Program-made: the position numbers and the translations under genes
In this document: in pieces, positions 38,241 to 49,589 of the stretch
How positions within the stretch are numbered: position 1 is the stretch's first letter
Layout of the letters: the number at the start of each line of letters is the position of its first letter
The notes under the pieces: model-generated
The model's database searches: none
Told to the model about the DNA's origin: nothing
The model's input: only the letters and a program-made list of their open reading frames with translations
From: Octopus bimaculoides
Lineage: Eukaryota
Reading direction: 5' to 3'
Length of the DNA: 64,000 nucleotides
Assembly: GCF_001194135.2 (NCBI RefSeq)
Contig: NC_068993.1
Location: 16,998,839-17,062,838, forward strand

Positions 38241-39444
38241 ACAAAAGCATTATGACTGACAAAGAAAGTGTAGGTTGTCAGATCCTCATACATCAAAACC
38301 GACAAGAGAGTCTAACATATGTGCCCATGTGGTTAAGAAAATACTGCACAGTTCAGGAGTCATTCTAACTGCATGAGCATTGTCAGTTGGTGTCTTTTGC
38401 TACAGCAGAAGGCTGGCAAACATTTTGTAAGTGAAATATTATAGACAGAGACAAGAAGCTCCTGTAATGTTTGTGTGTGTGTGCGTGCATGTCCTCTCAT
38501 CCCATCCCACTGTTTTGACATGTGGGTGGCAATTGTAAACAAAAGCCATCATCATACAAACGGTGTCATTTGTTTGAAATTCTCTATGAAAGCATGTCCA
38601 GCCATTTGCAGTTTGTTCTTTGAAAGACTAAGGGAAATATCACAACACTTGGAAAAAGGTGAAGGTTGATGACAGGAAGGGTATCCAACTGTAGGAAAAT
38701 CTGCCTTGGCAAGTTTTGTCTGGCCCATTGCAAGCAAGAGGGGAAAAAATGAACGTTATAATGGGGGTGATGATAGTAATTATGGTAATGATCATGATGA
38801 TGATATGATTTTGTTTGCAATTTATTTAACAACAGAATTCAAGTCAATCAATAACAAAGTGATGAGACTTTTTTTTTGTTGGAGTCAAGACAGTTCTAGG
38901 ATTTGGGAATATGTGAAAGAGTTAGTATATGCACATGTGTGTGTATGTGTGCATGAGTGTATATACATGGATATATTTGCACTCATGTGGTTGCGCAAGT
39001 CCTTTATCCCCTACAATGTTCCTATCCTGTACATACACACACATATATATACATACATATTTATACAGATACATATATATATACATAAATATAAATACAT
39101 ATATATATATATATATGTATGTATATGGCTTGTTTTTAGAGTAATAAATAATACAGATACTATTTAAAATAATACAGATATGTTATTGCTTGTCTGTTAT
39201 TTTACATGCAGTCTCTTACTGTTTGTCTGTTTGAGGAAGGAAATGGTGAGGATGATTTTCAAAACTCAAATGGCTGTAACGACTCCACAGAGAATTAAAG
39301 AACAACATCCATGTGTGTTGTGTATATACTTTCTGTAGAATGCTGAGGTCTTTAGACTTAAGAACATATTGTCCCCAATGTGCTAACCCAACAGAAAAAG
39401 GTTTTTCAGTGAGCATTAAAGCAAACAAAACAGTAGGGAAGGAG

Positions 39445-39714
39445 CAGTGTGTTTATATGTATGTATGCATATACATATATGCTTATGTCTGTTTGTATAT
39501 GCTTGTGTATGTATGTATATATATGTGCGTATGTATGTGTGTGTATATATATATATATATGTGTATATATATATGTATGTATGTGTATATATGTATGTAT
39601 GTGTATATATATAGTGTGTGTGCGTGTATATATATATGTATGTATATACATGTATGTATGTGTATATATATATATGTGTGTATATGTATATATATATATA
39701 TATANNNNNNNNNN

Positions 39715-39782
<68 letters not shown>

Positions 39783-40125
39783 GTATACATGTATGTATAT
39801 ATATATATGCTTATGTTTGTATATGCTTATGTGTAGACATGTATGTATATATATATATGCTTATGTTTGTATATGCTTGTGTGTGTATGTATGTATATGT
39901 ATATATATATATATATATATATGTCTGTGTACGTATGTGTGTATATATACATATGTGTATATATATATATGTGTTTATATATATGTGTGTATATATGTAC
40001 GTATATTTATATGTGTGTGTGTGTGTATATATGTGTGTGTGTGTATATATTTATATATGGAATTACATATATATGTATGTGTATATATATATGTATGTAT
40101 ATATGTATATATGTGTATATGTATA

Positions 40126-40167
<42 letters not shown>

Positions 40168-40175
40168 CATGTGGA
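39445..40175. repeat. Compound (TA)/(TG)/(TATG) microsatellite, ~730 bp
   Basis: Directly visible; it generates the spurious 250-290 aa Y/I/C/V/M ORFs. Confidence 0.97.
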
Positions 40176-40821
40176 TGTATGTCAGTAACTCAGGGAGTCC
40201 CTAATGTTTTCTTTGAATGAAAGAAAATGCATTTTGTTGAACTCATAGTTTTAACAGCACATATAAAGCGTGTGCATGTATGGTTTATAACATGCCAAAT
40301 ATTATAAACAGACTAACAACAGTTTTGATCTTTGCTTCTCATAGAAAATGAATAAATATGTGTTTTATAAAAGGTTCTATCATGAACAAATGTTCAGGAT
40401 TGACATTTTTTTTTTTCTTTTTTTTTTGTCATAACAAATCAAATTTTTTGTTAAAATACTTTGAATCACTGAATGGTTGAGAACTGAACAGTTGCGTGAC
40501 ATTCATACTGCATAAAAAGCACACAGAAAAAATATGAAAAAAATTTCTTTAGTTCATATGAATAAAGTAAAAAATATATAGTCCCTTATTTTTATCATCA
40601 TATATCAAAAAGAAATGCAAGTGAATAACTGATATCCTTACACAATAAGGCTTCAACTATTTCAAACAGATTTGTATATATAACAATTATATATAACATG
40701 TATATATATATAACAAAAATATATAACATGTATATATAACAATTTTTGTAGTTTATATATGTATACACATACACGCACAGACACAAAATTGTCTCATCGC
40801 ATTGACTGCCTGAAAATCATA

Positions 40822-40861
<40 letters not shown>

Positions 40862-42212
40862 ATGTGTGTGATAATATACGTAAATATCGAACAATGATAT
40901 ATATATATCCTGTATGGTAATGCTTCAATTTGATCAGCTAAAAGTGTAGAGATATAGTGAAAACCACAAGACTTGTGNNNNNNNNNNNNNNNNNNNNNNN
41001 NNNNNNNNNNNNNNNNNNNNNNNNNNNNNNNNNNNNNNNNNNNNNNNNNNNNNNNNNNNNNNNNNNNNNNNNNNNNNNNNNNNNNNNNNNNNNNNNNNNN
41101 NNNNNNNNNNNNNNNNNNNNNNNNNNNNNNNNNNNNNNNNNNNNNNNNNNNNNNNNNNNNNNNNNNNNNNNNNNNNNNNNNNNNNNNNNNNNNNNNNNNN
41201 NNNNNNNNNNNNNNNNNNNNNNNNNNNNNNNNNNNNNNNNNNNNNNNNNNNNNNNNNNNNNNNNNNNNNNNNNNNNNNNNNNNNNNNNNNATAAGCCAGC
41301 TGGAGGAGATGTCCTCCTGGGGCTAAAAGCAACAGTAACATCCACCCCTAGGGGTCAGCCACACTTAAGTGGCAATATACTACACTTTATCGTGCAGTTA
41401 CTGTTAATACTTCATTTAGAGAATTAACATATATATATATATATATATATAATGTATGTGTATATATAAACATAGATGTATGTTCGTGTATTTATATATA
41501 CATACATATACAATTATATATATGCATGTATGTATGTCACATGTTTAACAACAAAAGGAGTAGACCTCAGTATTGTTGGAAACAGAAGACTAAATTTATT
41601 AAATGTATTAAACAAGTTTGCAACAGGTGAAGAACAGCAAGTATCAGATAAATTACTGTCAAGAAACTCAGAGTTCTGAATGCATGCCTGTACTATTTAA
41701 GAAATTATATGTAAATGTATATAATATATAGGTGTTGATATGGCACCTTGGGCAAGTGTCTTTGATTAACATGAAGTTGTAAGAAAGTATGAGTGAGTTC
41801 TGATGGAAATCCTAACATTTCATTAAAAGAATATCAGAAACTCCCTCATTATGCCACATCCACATGTAAAGTACCTTCTAATGATCTGTTAAGCATTTCA
41901 GAAATAACAGCTGAAGTACACTATTCCACTGAGAGGTGTTATTGTTTACATCTTATGTAAAATGTATGTAGTTTGCATGTTATATTAAATACATGTATGT
42001 TCAATATGTCGGTTATGTCATATACATTGTTTACATGAGTTTATGCAATGCCATTGTTTTCACTTCTGGTTTTACTTTCATTATTTTTAAGACAGGTTTC
42101 TTCCACATTTTTACAACCATAAACTGCACGTCAGCCATGTTTTTCACTGTGGCCCTGGGCTAAACAAAGCCTTGTGTGTGGATTTGGTAGGCAGAAACTG
42201 GAAGAAGCCTGT

Positions 42213-42251
<39 letters not shown>

Positions 42252-42390
42252 GGTCATGTGGAATTATTAATTTTCTTGGAAACAGGCGAGGATTGGTGCT
42301 GGGAAGAATTTTCTGCCTCAATAAACCACATCGAACCCATGTAAGCATGGAAGAGTGGACATGGAAATGATAACAATATATACATATACA

Positions 42391-43230
42391 TAAGGAAGCA
42401 AGCTGGTAGAATCGTTAGCACGCCAGGCGAAATACTTAGCGGTATTTCGTCTGCCACTACGTTCTGAGTTCAAATTCCGCCAAGGTAGACTTTGCCTTTC
42501 ATCTTTTCAGGGTCGATAAATTAAATACCAGTTACGCACTGGGGTCGATGTAATCATCTTAATCCTTTTATCTGTCCTTGTTTGTCCCCTCTGTGCTTAG
42601 CCCCTTGTGGGCAATAAAGAAATAAGAACCATTAGCACACCAGGCAAAAAGGCTTAGCAACATTTCATCCATCTTTACGTTCTGAGTTCAAATTCTGCCA
42701 AGGTCAACATTACCTTGTAACCTTTCAGAATCAATAAAATAAATACCAGCCATATACTTGGATCATTGTCATCAACTTAAACCCTCTCTTGAAATCGCTG
42801 GCTTTGTGCCAAAATTTGAAACCATTATTATAATTATCATGTAAAGCTGTGAGCTGGCAGAATCATCAGCATGCTGGACAAAATGCTTTGCAGCATATTG
42901 TCAGTCTCTATAATACGAGTTCAAATTCCACTGAGGTTAACTTTGCCTTTCATCTTTCAAACTCAATGAAATAAGAACCAGTTGAGCACTGTGATCGATG
43001 TAATCAACTTACCTGCTTCCCCGAAATTACCGGCCTTGTACCAAAATTTGAAACCATTAATATAATTATTGCTTTGCAGCATTTTGTCAGTCTTTACGAT
43101 CTGAGTTCAAATTCCACCGAGGTAAAATATGGGTTTGATGAAATAAGTACCAGTTAAGCACTGGGATCGATGTAATCGACTTACCTACTCCCTGAAATTG
43201 CTGGCCTTGTGCCAAAATTTGAAACCTATT
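42391..43230 (+). mobile_element. Head-to-tail array of four family B SINEs
   Basis: Copies start at ~42391 (CpG-rich, young), ~42625, ~42845 and ~43070. Confidence 0.85.
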
Positions 43231-43280
43231 ACATACACATACACTCCTACATGTATATATGCATACATTCAAGCATACAT

Positions 43281-43750
43281 AGGTGTAGGAGTGGCTGTGT
43301 GGTAAGTAGCTTGCTTACCAACCACATGGTTCCAGGTTCAGTCCCACTGCGTGGCACCTTGGGCAAGTGTCTTCTACTATAGCCTCGGGCCGACCAAAGC
43401 CTTGTGAGTGGATTTGGTAGATGGAAACTGAAAGAAGCACGTCGTATATATGTATATATATATATATATATATNNNNNNNNNNNNNNNNNNNNNNNNNNN
43501 NNNNNATATATATGTATGTGTGTATATGTTTGTGTGTCTATGTTTGTCCCCCCAACATCGTTTGACAACCGATGCTGGTGTGTTTACATCCCCATAAATT
43601 AGCGGTTCGGCAAAAGAGACCGATAGAATAAGTACTAGGCTTCCAAAGAATAAGTCCTGGGGTCGATTTGCTCGGCTAAAGGCAGTGCTCCAGCATGGCC
43701 ACAGTCAAAAGACTGAAACAAGTAAAAGAGAGTAAAAGAGAAAAAAGAGT
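43281..43750 (+). mobile_element. Young full-length family A SINE
   Basis: ggagtggctgtgtggtaagtagcttgcttaccaaccacatggttccaggttcagtccc...ccttgggcaagtgtcttctactatagcc...(TA)n...gactgaaacaagtaaaagag. Flanked by atacat on both sides. Confidence 0.9.
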
Positions 43751-44177
43751 ATACATGTTTAAGACCCAAATGTGTGTTTGTGTGTAAAAAATATAGTTAA
43801 GTGAATGGTTTAGCAACTTCTTCCATGACCAGCTTGTTACTACGATGATTCACACCAAGACGAGTATTTAAATGGCCATAATGTGATGTTTATAATATAT
43901 CTCTATAGATTTATTTCCTTACAATAACTACTGCTGCACTTCCATTCTATGCTAATGATTTATTGTTGTTAATTTTTTTTAATATTTTTTGTCAATGTTT
44001 AGCTCATACTGACTCCGTGTGTATGTGTGCACTTTTGTGCATACAAATGTATGTGCATGTGACTGTGTGCATACATGATACTCTGTTTCTTATTTTCTCT
44101 GTATGTGTGTGTGTGTGTGTGTGTGTGTGCATGTGTGTGTGTGAATACATATGAATGTATGTGTTTATGTGTGTCTT

Positions 44178-44216
<39 letters not shown>

Positions 44217-44316
44217 NNNNNNNNNNNNNNNNNNNNNNNNNNNNNNNNNNNNNNNNNNNNNNNNNNNNNNNNNNNNNNNNNNNNNNNNNNNNNNNNNNNN
44301 NNNNNNNNNNNNNNNN

Positions 44317-44356
<40 letters not shown>

Positions 44357-44498
44357 TGATATATATGGATATATATATATGATACATATATATATATTTA
44401 TATATATAAATATTATTATGTATTACATATTCATACATGCATACGCACATCATGCATATATGTGTGTTCATATGACTAAGTGCTGTGTGCTTTGTATG

Positions 44499-44536
<38 letters not shown>

Positions 44537-44817
44537 AAACAGAAAGCATGTGTTTGTTAATTGTGTTTTCCTAATTCAAATATGTTTTTCAACGTATTTA
44601 TCATAATTAAGTTACATATAGCTAATTAGAATAAAATAGATAATTGGATTTGTTCCCCATTTATCTCTCTATAACTTTTCATGTTTGCTCACGTAAGTGA
44701 AACTGTTCCTATTACGATGTATGTGTTTGTAACTATCTATGCATGTGTGGATTTGTCTGTGTACACATACACACACTCATTTGTGTATGTGTGTGTATAT
44801 ATATATATATATGTGTG

Positions 44818-44910
<93 letters not shown>

Positions 44911-46478
44911 GCTTGTATGTATGTATACACAGACATGTATTTTGTATGTAGTATGTGAAATGTGTGCTTCTGTTTGCTTGTGTGTGTGTGTGTCTGTGTG
45001 TGTGTGCGTGTCCTGGAGTATTTAACGTGTCTATGTCTAAGTGTTTGTTTTGTATGTTTTATGTATTTTGAAAACCCTATAAGTTAATGTAAATATCTTA
45101 GTAAGAAAGGATGTGTGTGTGTGTGTGTGTGTGTGTGTAGTAATGTCTTTGCTTACATGACGTCTTACAAACTTAGTGTCAATATGAGTCATGTTTAGAA
45201 TATTGATGATAGGAACAAAAATATTTCTGCTGAAATAAAGTCAGATCAGTTGTTTTTGTTAGTCATCTCTACTACTAGTAAAACAGTTATTGCTTTTACT
45301 TGTTTGCTTGAATGAATTTCATTCAGAAAGTACTAGAAGAAGGCAGTGCTCAAGTATGGCCTTATCCAGAATGGTGGTTAACATAAACCAAATAATTGAT
45401 GAATATGATAAATAATGCTCATTATAATTATCATTTTAATGTTCACTTTTCCATTCTTGCATGAGTCAGACAGAATTCGTTTAGGAAGATTTTCTACAGT
45501 TGGATGCCCTTCCTGTTGCTAACCCTCACCTATTTCCAAGCAAGGTAATACTTTCCCCATAACCCCAGATGTGTTTTTCATGAAAGTTTGGAAATGAAGG
45601 ACGCCACTTGTATGGTAGTGACTCTCATTTGCAGCTATCACATGATGTCAGGACAGGGAGACATGCATACACACATATGTGTGTGTGCCTAGCCATAAAA
45701 ACCCCTACCCAAACAGACAGTGAAGCCTGGCACAGTATTCTGGCTTGCCAGCTCCTGTCACATTGTCCATCCCATGCCAGCTTGGAAAACAGACATTAAA
45801 TGATGATGATAATGGCAGCAATAGTGATGATGATGATTATATTTGTGTTTTAGTTCTAAAGGTAACTGTGAATGAAGTAGTACTAAGTCTTCCAGTTCTG
45901 CAGTATAGTCCATAACCTACTGAGACTCTTCTATTTTCCACTGTTTTATCTAGGCGAAGAGTAACTATGAGATGAGGAAGCCTCTACATGGCTTTTCAAC
46001 TTGCTAGAAGTAGCACTGAAATTCCTTGATACCACACTATTATCTTGAACAAGGAAGGACATATTGTATAATATTGCCCTCCATATACAATAGATGGGTT
46101 GGTCATGCCCAGATACACTTTTGATCATAAGTAAGCTCAACTAAGGACAATCAAGAGCTAAACTACAACTACTCTTTTACTCAATCCAAACACTGTATTC
46201 ACTCACAATGTGTGTGCACATGCATGCGTGTGTGAATGTGTGAAGTCTCAATTTTGTGATTCTTGGTTCACATTGTGAATGGAATTTGGCTCACAGAAAC
46301 TGTGTGGAAGCTTATTGTATACATGTTTATCTGTGTTCACTGGTGTAAACCAATGTGTCAAGTTGTGTTTCTCTATGCAAAAACTGTAACCTAACATTTA
46401 TCAATTCGTTTTGCAAGATTCTTGATGTGAAATAGTGTGTTGAAACAGATATTGTTGTATTTTGGAATTTTTTTTTTC

Positions 46479-46864
46479 TTCCAAATAAACACATGCACTA
46501 TATATTTTTTTCTTCACTCATTTATTGCTGTTCTTATTTTATTATTTTAACTCATGTCCATTGTCCGGAAATCTTTCATCACACATCTGTGACCTCTTCA
46601 GTGACACTTTTCATTTTCGTATGTGTTCTTGTTCCCCTTACTCCATTCTGTTCTTCTTAGATGTATCCTTATGTGTATCCTGTCTTAGAAGAACAGAATG
46701 GAGTAAGTGGAACAAGAACACACTTGAAAATGAAAAGTGTCGCTGAATAGGTCACAGATGTGTGACAAAAGATTCCCAGACAATGGACATGAGTTAGAAT
46801 AATAAAATAAGAACAGTAATAAATGAGTGAAGAAAAAATATATAGTGCATGTGTTTATTCGGAA
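46479..46864. repeat. Long inverted repeat (fold-back) with ~179-bp arms and a 29-bp spacer
   Basis: 46479-46657 is the reverse complement of 46687-46864. Manual alignment gives ~13 substitutions and 1 indel. Confidence 0.97.
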
Positions 46865-47014
46865 GAAGAAGAAGAAAATAAAAGACCATCCCAAAATACA
46901 ATATGTAACCTAACACTTGCTGAAATAAATACCAGATTGAAATAAATACACAGTCAATGTGATTGAATACAGTCTCACATGGTTGCAGTTCAGTGACAAA
47001 ACAAATATAAGTTA

Positions 47015-47415
47015 CACAGATGTGGGTGTGTGGTGAGAAACTTTCTTCTCAGCCACATGGTTCCTGGTTCAGTCCCACAGTGTGATACCTTGGGCAAGTG
47101 TCTTCTACTATAGCCTCAGTCTGACCAAAGCCTTGTGAGTGGATATGGTGGACGGAAACTGAAAGAAACCCATCATAGATATATATGATGTGTATGTTTG
47201 TATCTGTGTTTGTCTTCCACCACTGCTTGACAACTGGCGTTGGTGTGTTTCCGTCCCCATAACTTACCGGTTTGGCAAAAGTGACTGACAGAATAAGTAA
47301 CAGGCTTTAAAATTTAAAACAAAAGTACTAGGCTCAATACACCCAGCTAAAAAATTCTTCCAGGCAGTGCCCCAGCATGGCTGCAGTCTAATGGCTGAAA
47401 CAAGTAAAAGATAAA
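47015..47415 (+). mobile_element. Family A SINE
   Basis: Colinear with 43281-43750. Confidence 0.85.
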
Positions 47416-47568
47416 AGAAGATACATTCAAACATGAGCGCATGTCCCACGCATACTCTGGCACACCCAAAACCCATACACACACACACACACACACACAC
47501 AAGTGCCCACCACATTACCAAAATACTGCGTTCCTGAAAAATCTTACTATAACATAGTGTACTGTAAT

Positions 47569-47733
47569 ATTGATTTCAAATTTTGGCACAAGGCTAGCGG
47601 GTTTGGGGGAGGGGGCTACATCAATTAAATCAACCCCAAAAGGATGAAAGGCAAAGTCAACCTCAGCAGAATTTGAACTTAAAACTAAGCCTTTTACCCA
47701 GTGTGCTAATGGTTCTGCCAGCTTGCATCCTTT
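47569..47733 (-). mobile_element. Family B SINE with 15-bp TSD
   Basis: Flanked by atagtgtactgtaat (47554-47568) and atagtgtcctgtaat (47734-47748). Confidence 0.8.
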
Positions 47734-47737
47734 ATAG

Positions 47738-47842
47738 TGTCCTGTAATCTACAACCTATTTTGCCATCAACTTCCATGGAAATCAGGGAACAGTTGATGT
47801 CAGTGGGAAAATACATTTCGCATTATGGGACTCTGTATTATG
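47738..47842 (+). CDS. Candidate symmetrical (phase 1-1) 105-nt exon, product unknown
   Basis: cctttatag|TG...TATG|GTAAGG. Open frame (V)SCNLQPILPSTSMEIREQLMSVGKYISHYGTLYY(G). Confidence 0.35.
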
Positions 47843-47971
47843 GTAAGGTCTGAGGGAACATGATGCTCCCAGAACAGAGGGGTGCCTGTGTGTACGTATA
47901 TGTGTGTGTGTGTGTGTGTAATGAAGTATGACAAACTAAAATGAAAGGACACTTGAAAATAGAAACACTAT

Positions 47972-48011
<40 letters not shown>

Positions 48012-48062
48012 AAAATACATGTATATTAAATATTTAATGTGTGTAAATATATATATACATTA

Positions 48063-48109
<47 letters not shown>

Positions 48110-48211
48110 GCATATACATACATATCCATACACACACACACATCTGTTAGATCATTTCAATGTAGGAAATCTTAAGTGGATTTGTCATTCTGTAATAATT
48201 TGTCTCCACAG

Positions 48212-48294
48212 GTAGCAGCAGGTTGCTAAACTACATTGTAATGATACAAGACAGATTTTCTTCTTCATTCCTTAATAGCTCAGGTCAATATTGA
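48212..48294 (+). CDS. Candidate following exon, in frame with 47738-47842, ending at TGA
   Basis: Acceptor aatttgtctccacag|GT. Reads (G)SSRLLNYIVMIQDRFSSSFLNSSGQY*. Confidence 0.3.
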
Positions 48295-48914
48295 AGTGGT
48301 AGTGGCAGTGGCAGTGATGGCGGCAGTGGCAATGGTAGCTGCAGTGGTGGCGGCGGCAGCGGTGGTGGTGGTGGTATCAGAATATTAAATATCAGAGGTG
48401 AGAAGGGAGCAAGATATGAGAACGAATTGTCAGGCTATAATAGCTTGGGTTAAAATGTGGGAGTTATGTATGAAAGGACATTAAAATCTGCAGTAATTTT
48501 ATTTTATCCACTTATTTTTGAGGATGATGGTGGTAGGGGAAGATGTGGAAAGAGTTGTTTACTTAGATGTGAACACTTATATCATTCTGTGATGGCTCGT
48601 GTGAATACGGGAGAGTAAAAGTCCTCAATTGAAATTGTTTCATAAATACATTCTGAGCTATTATTGAAAGACATCTATCTTCTCTCACTAGCCACGTACA
48701 GTGTTAGCATATTACTGGTTTTTATTGTGCAAGTTCCTCTGAATGATGAATATTTTTGTTTTAACTTGACTTCTATGAGATTTGAACTTTCCAAAGTAAT
48801 ATATATTAGCACTTGTACTGAGCTTTACAGATTGACACTTCTGCAAACACCTACTGTACTGTGCTGCTAATAGACTTCATTACTGATCTTAGATGACTTC
48901 TGTAATAAAGCATC

Positions 48915-49050
48915 TTAACCCCTTTGTGGCCATATATGTAATAAAATAACATTGTAATACAATTAATCTACAATTGATTTTGATGATAATTGAGAATTTG
49001 GAACGATTTACAGAAACGTTCTTGCATAAAATTATAACAAAAGGGTTTAA
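48915..49050. mobile_element. Short piggyBac-like MITE
   Basis: ttaacccctttg ... caaaagggttta termini. Confidence 0.5.
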
Positions 49051-49279
49051 TTTAAACCACTGGTTTTCGACCATTTTTTGCCTATGAACCTCTTTGATTC
49101 CTATTTAACTCAGGTGGACCTTCATAGCAATTCGATATTTAAAAGAAACCTTATTGTATATTTATAATCAAATATTATTAGGAATCATACTGGTGCTAGG
49201 AAGGGTATCCAGCCATAGAAACCATGCCAAATCAGATTGGAACCCGGTGTAGCCCTCCAGCTTACCAGTTCCAGTCAAA

Positions 49280-49589
49280 TTACATTGTGGGCCACTTTAA
49301 TCACAGAAAGTCTTTTGAGGGCCGCTTGTATACTTTATGCACTAATAATTAGATAATCAAATTACAGAATCAAGAATTTTTCATACTTTTCGTTTGTTTA
49401 AAATTATAGAATTGTTGGCTATTGCTTTATTGCCACTTATAAATTTTAAATTTATTTTGAAACAAATGTTTTACACAAACAATCTTATTTTGAAATTAAA
49501 CACAATACTACAAGAAAGTATCAAGTGGGCCACAAGATAAAAGTCTGTGGGCCACATGCAGCCTGCAGGCCTCAGGTTGGCCAGCCCTG
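49280..49589. mobile_element. hAT MITE fragment nested in an RTE-type tail repeat
   Basis: Right end gggccacatgcagcctgcaggcctcaggttggccagccctg. The host repeat is split at ccagttccagtcaaa / gtctaacccataccaacatgg. Confidence 0.6.

Noticed and set aside
39313-40220. Longest ORFs in the track (251-291 aa)
   Set aside because: They are translations of (TA)/(TG) microsatellite with no protein-like composition.
42391-42500. tRNA-like sequences (gagttcaaattcc B-box)
   Set aside because: These are heads of tRNA-derived SINEs. No complete cloverleaf was seen, so no tRNA gene is called.
47760-47842. Alternative frame FAINFHGNQGTVDVSGKIHFALWDSVLW
   Set aside because: It is closed upstream by TAA with no good acceptor and no family was recognised; only the symmetrical frame was kept as a candidate.
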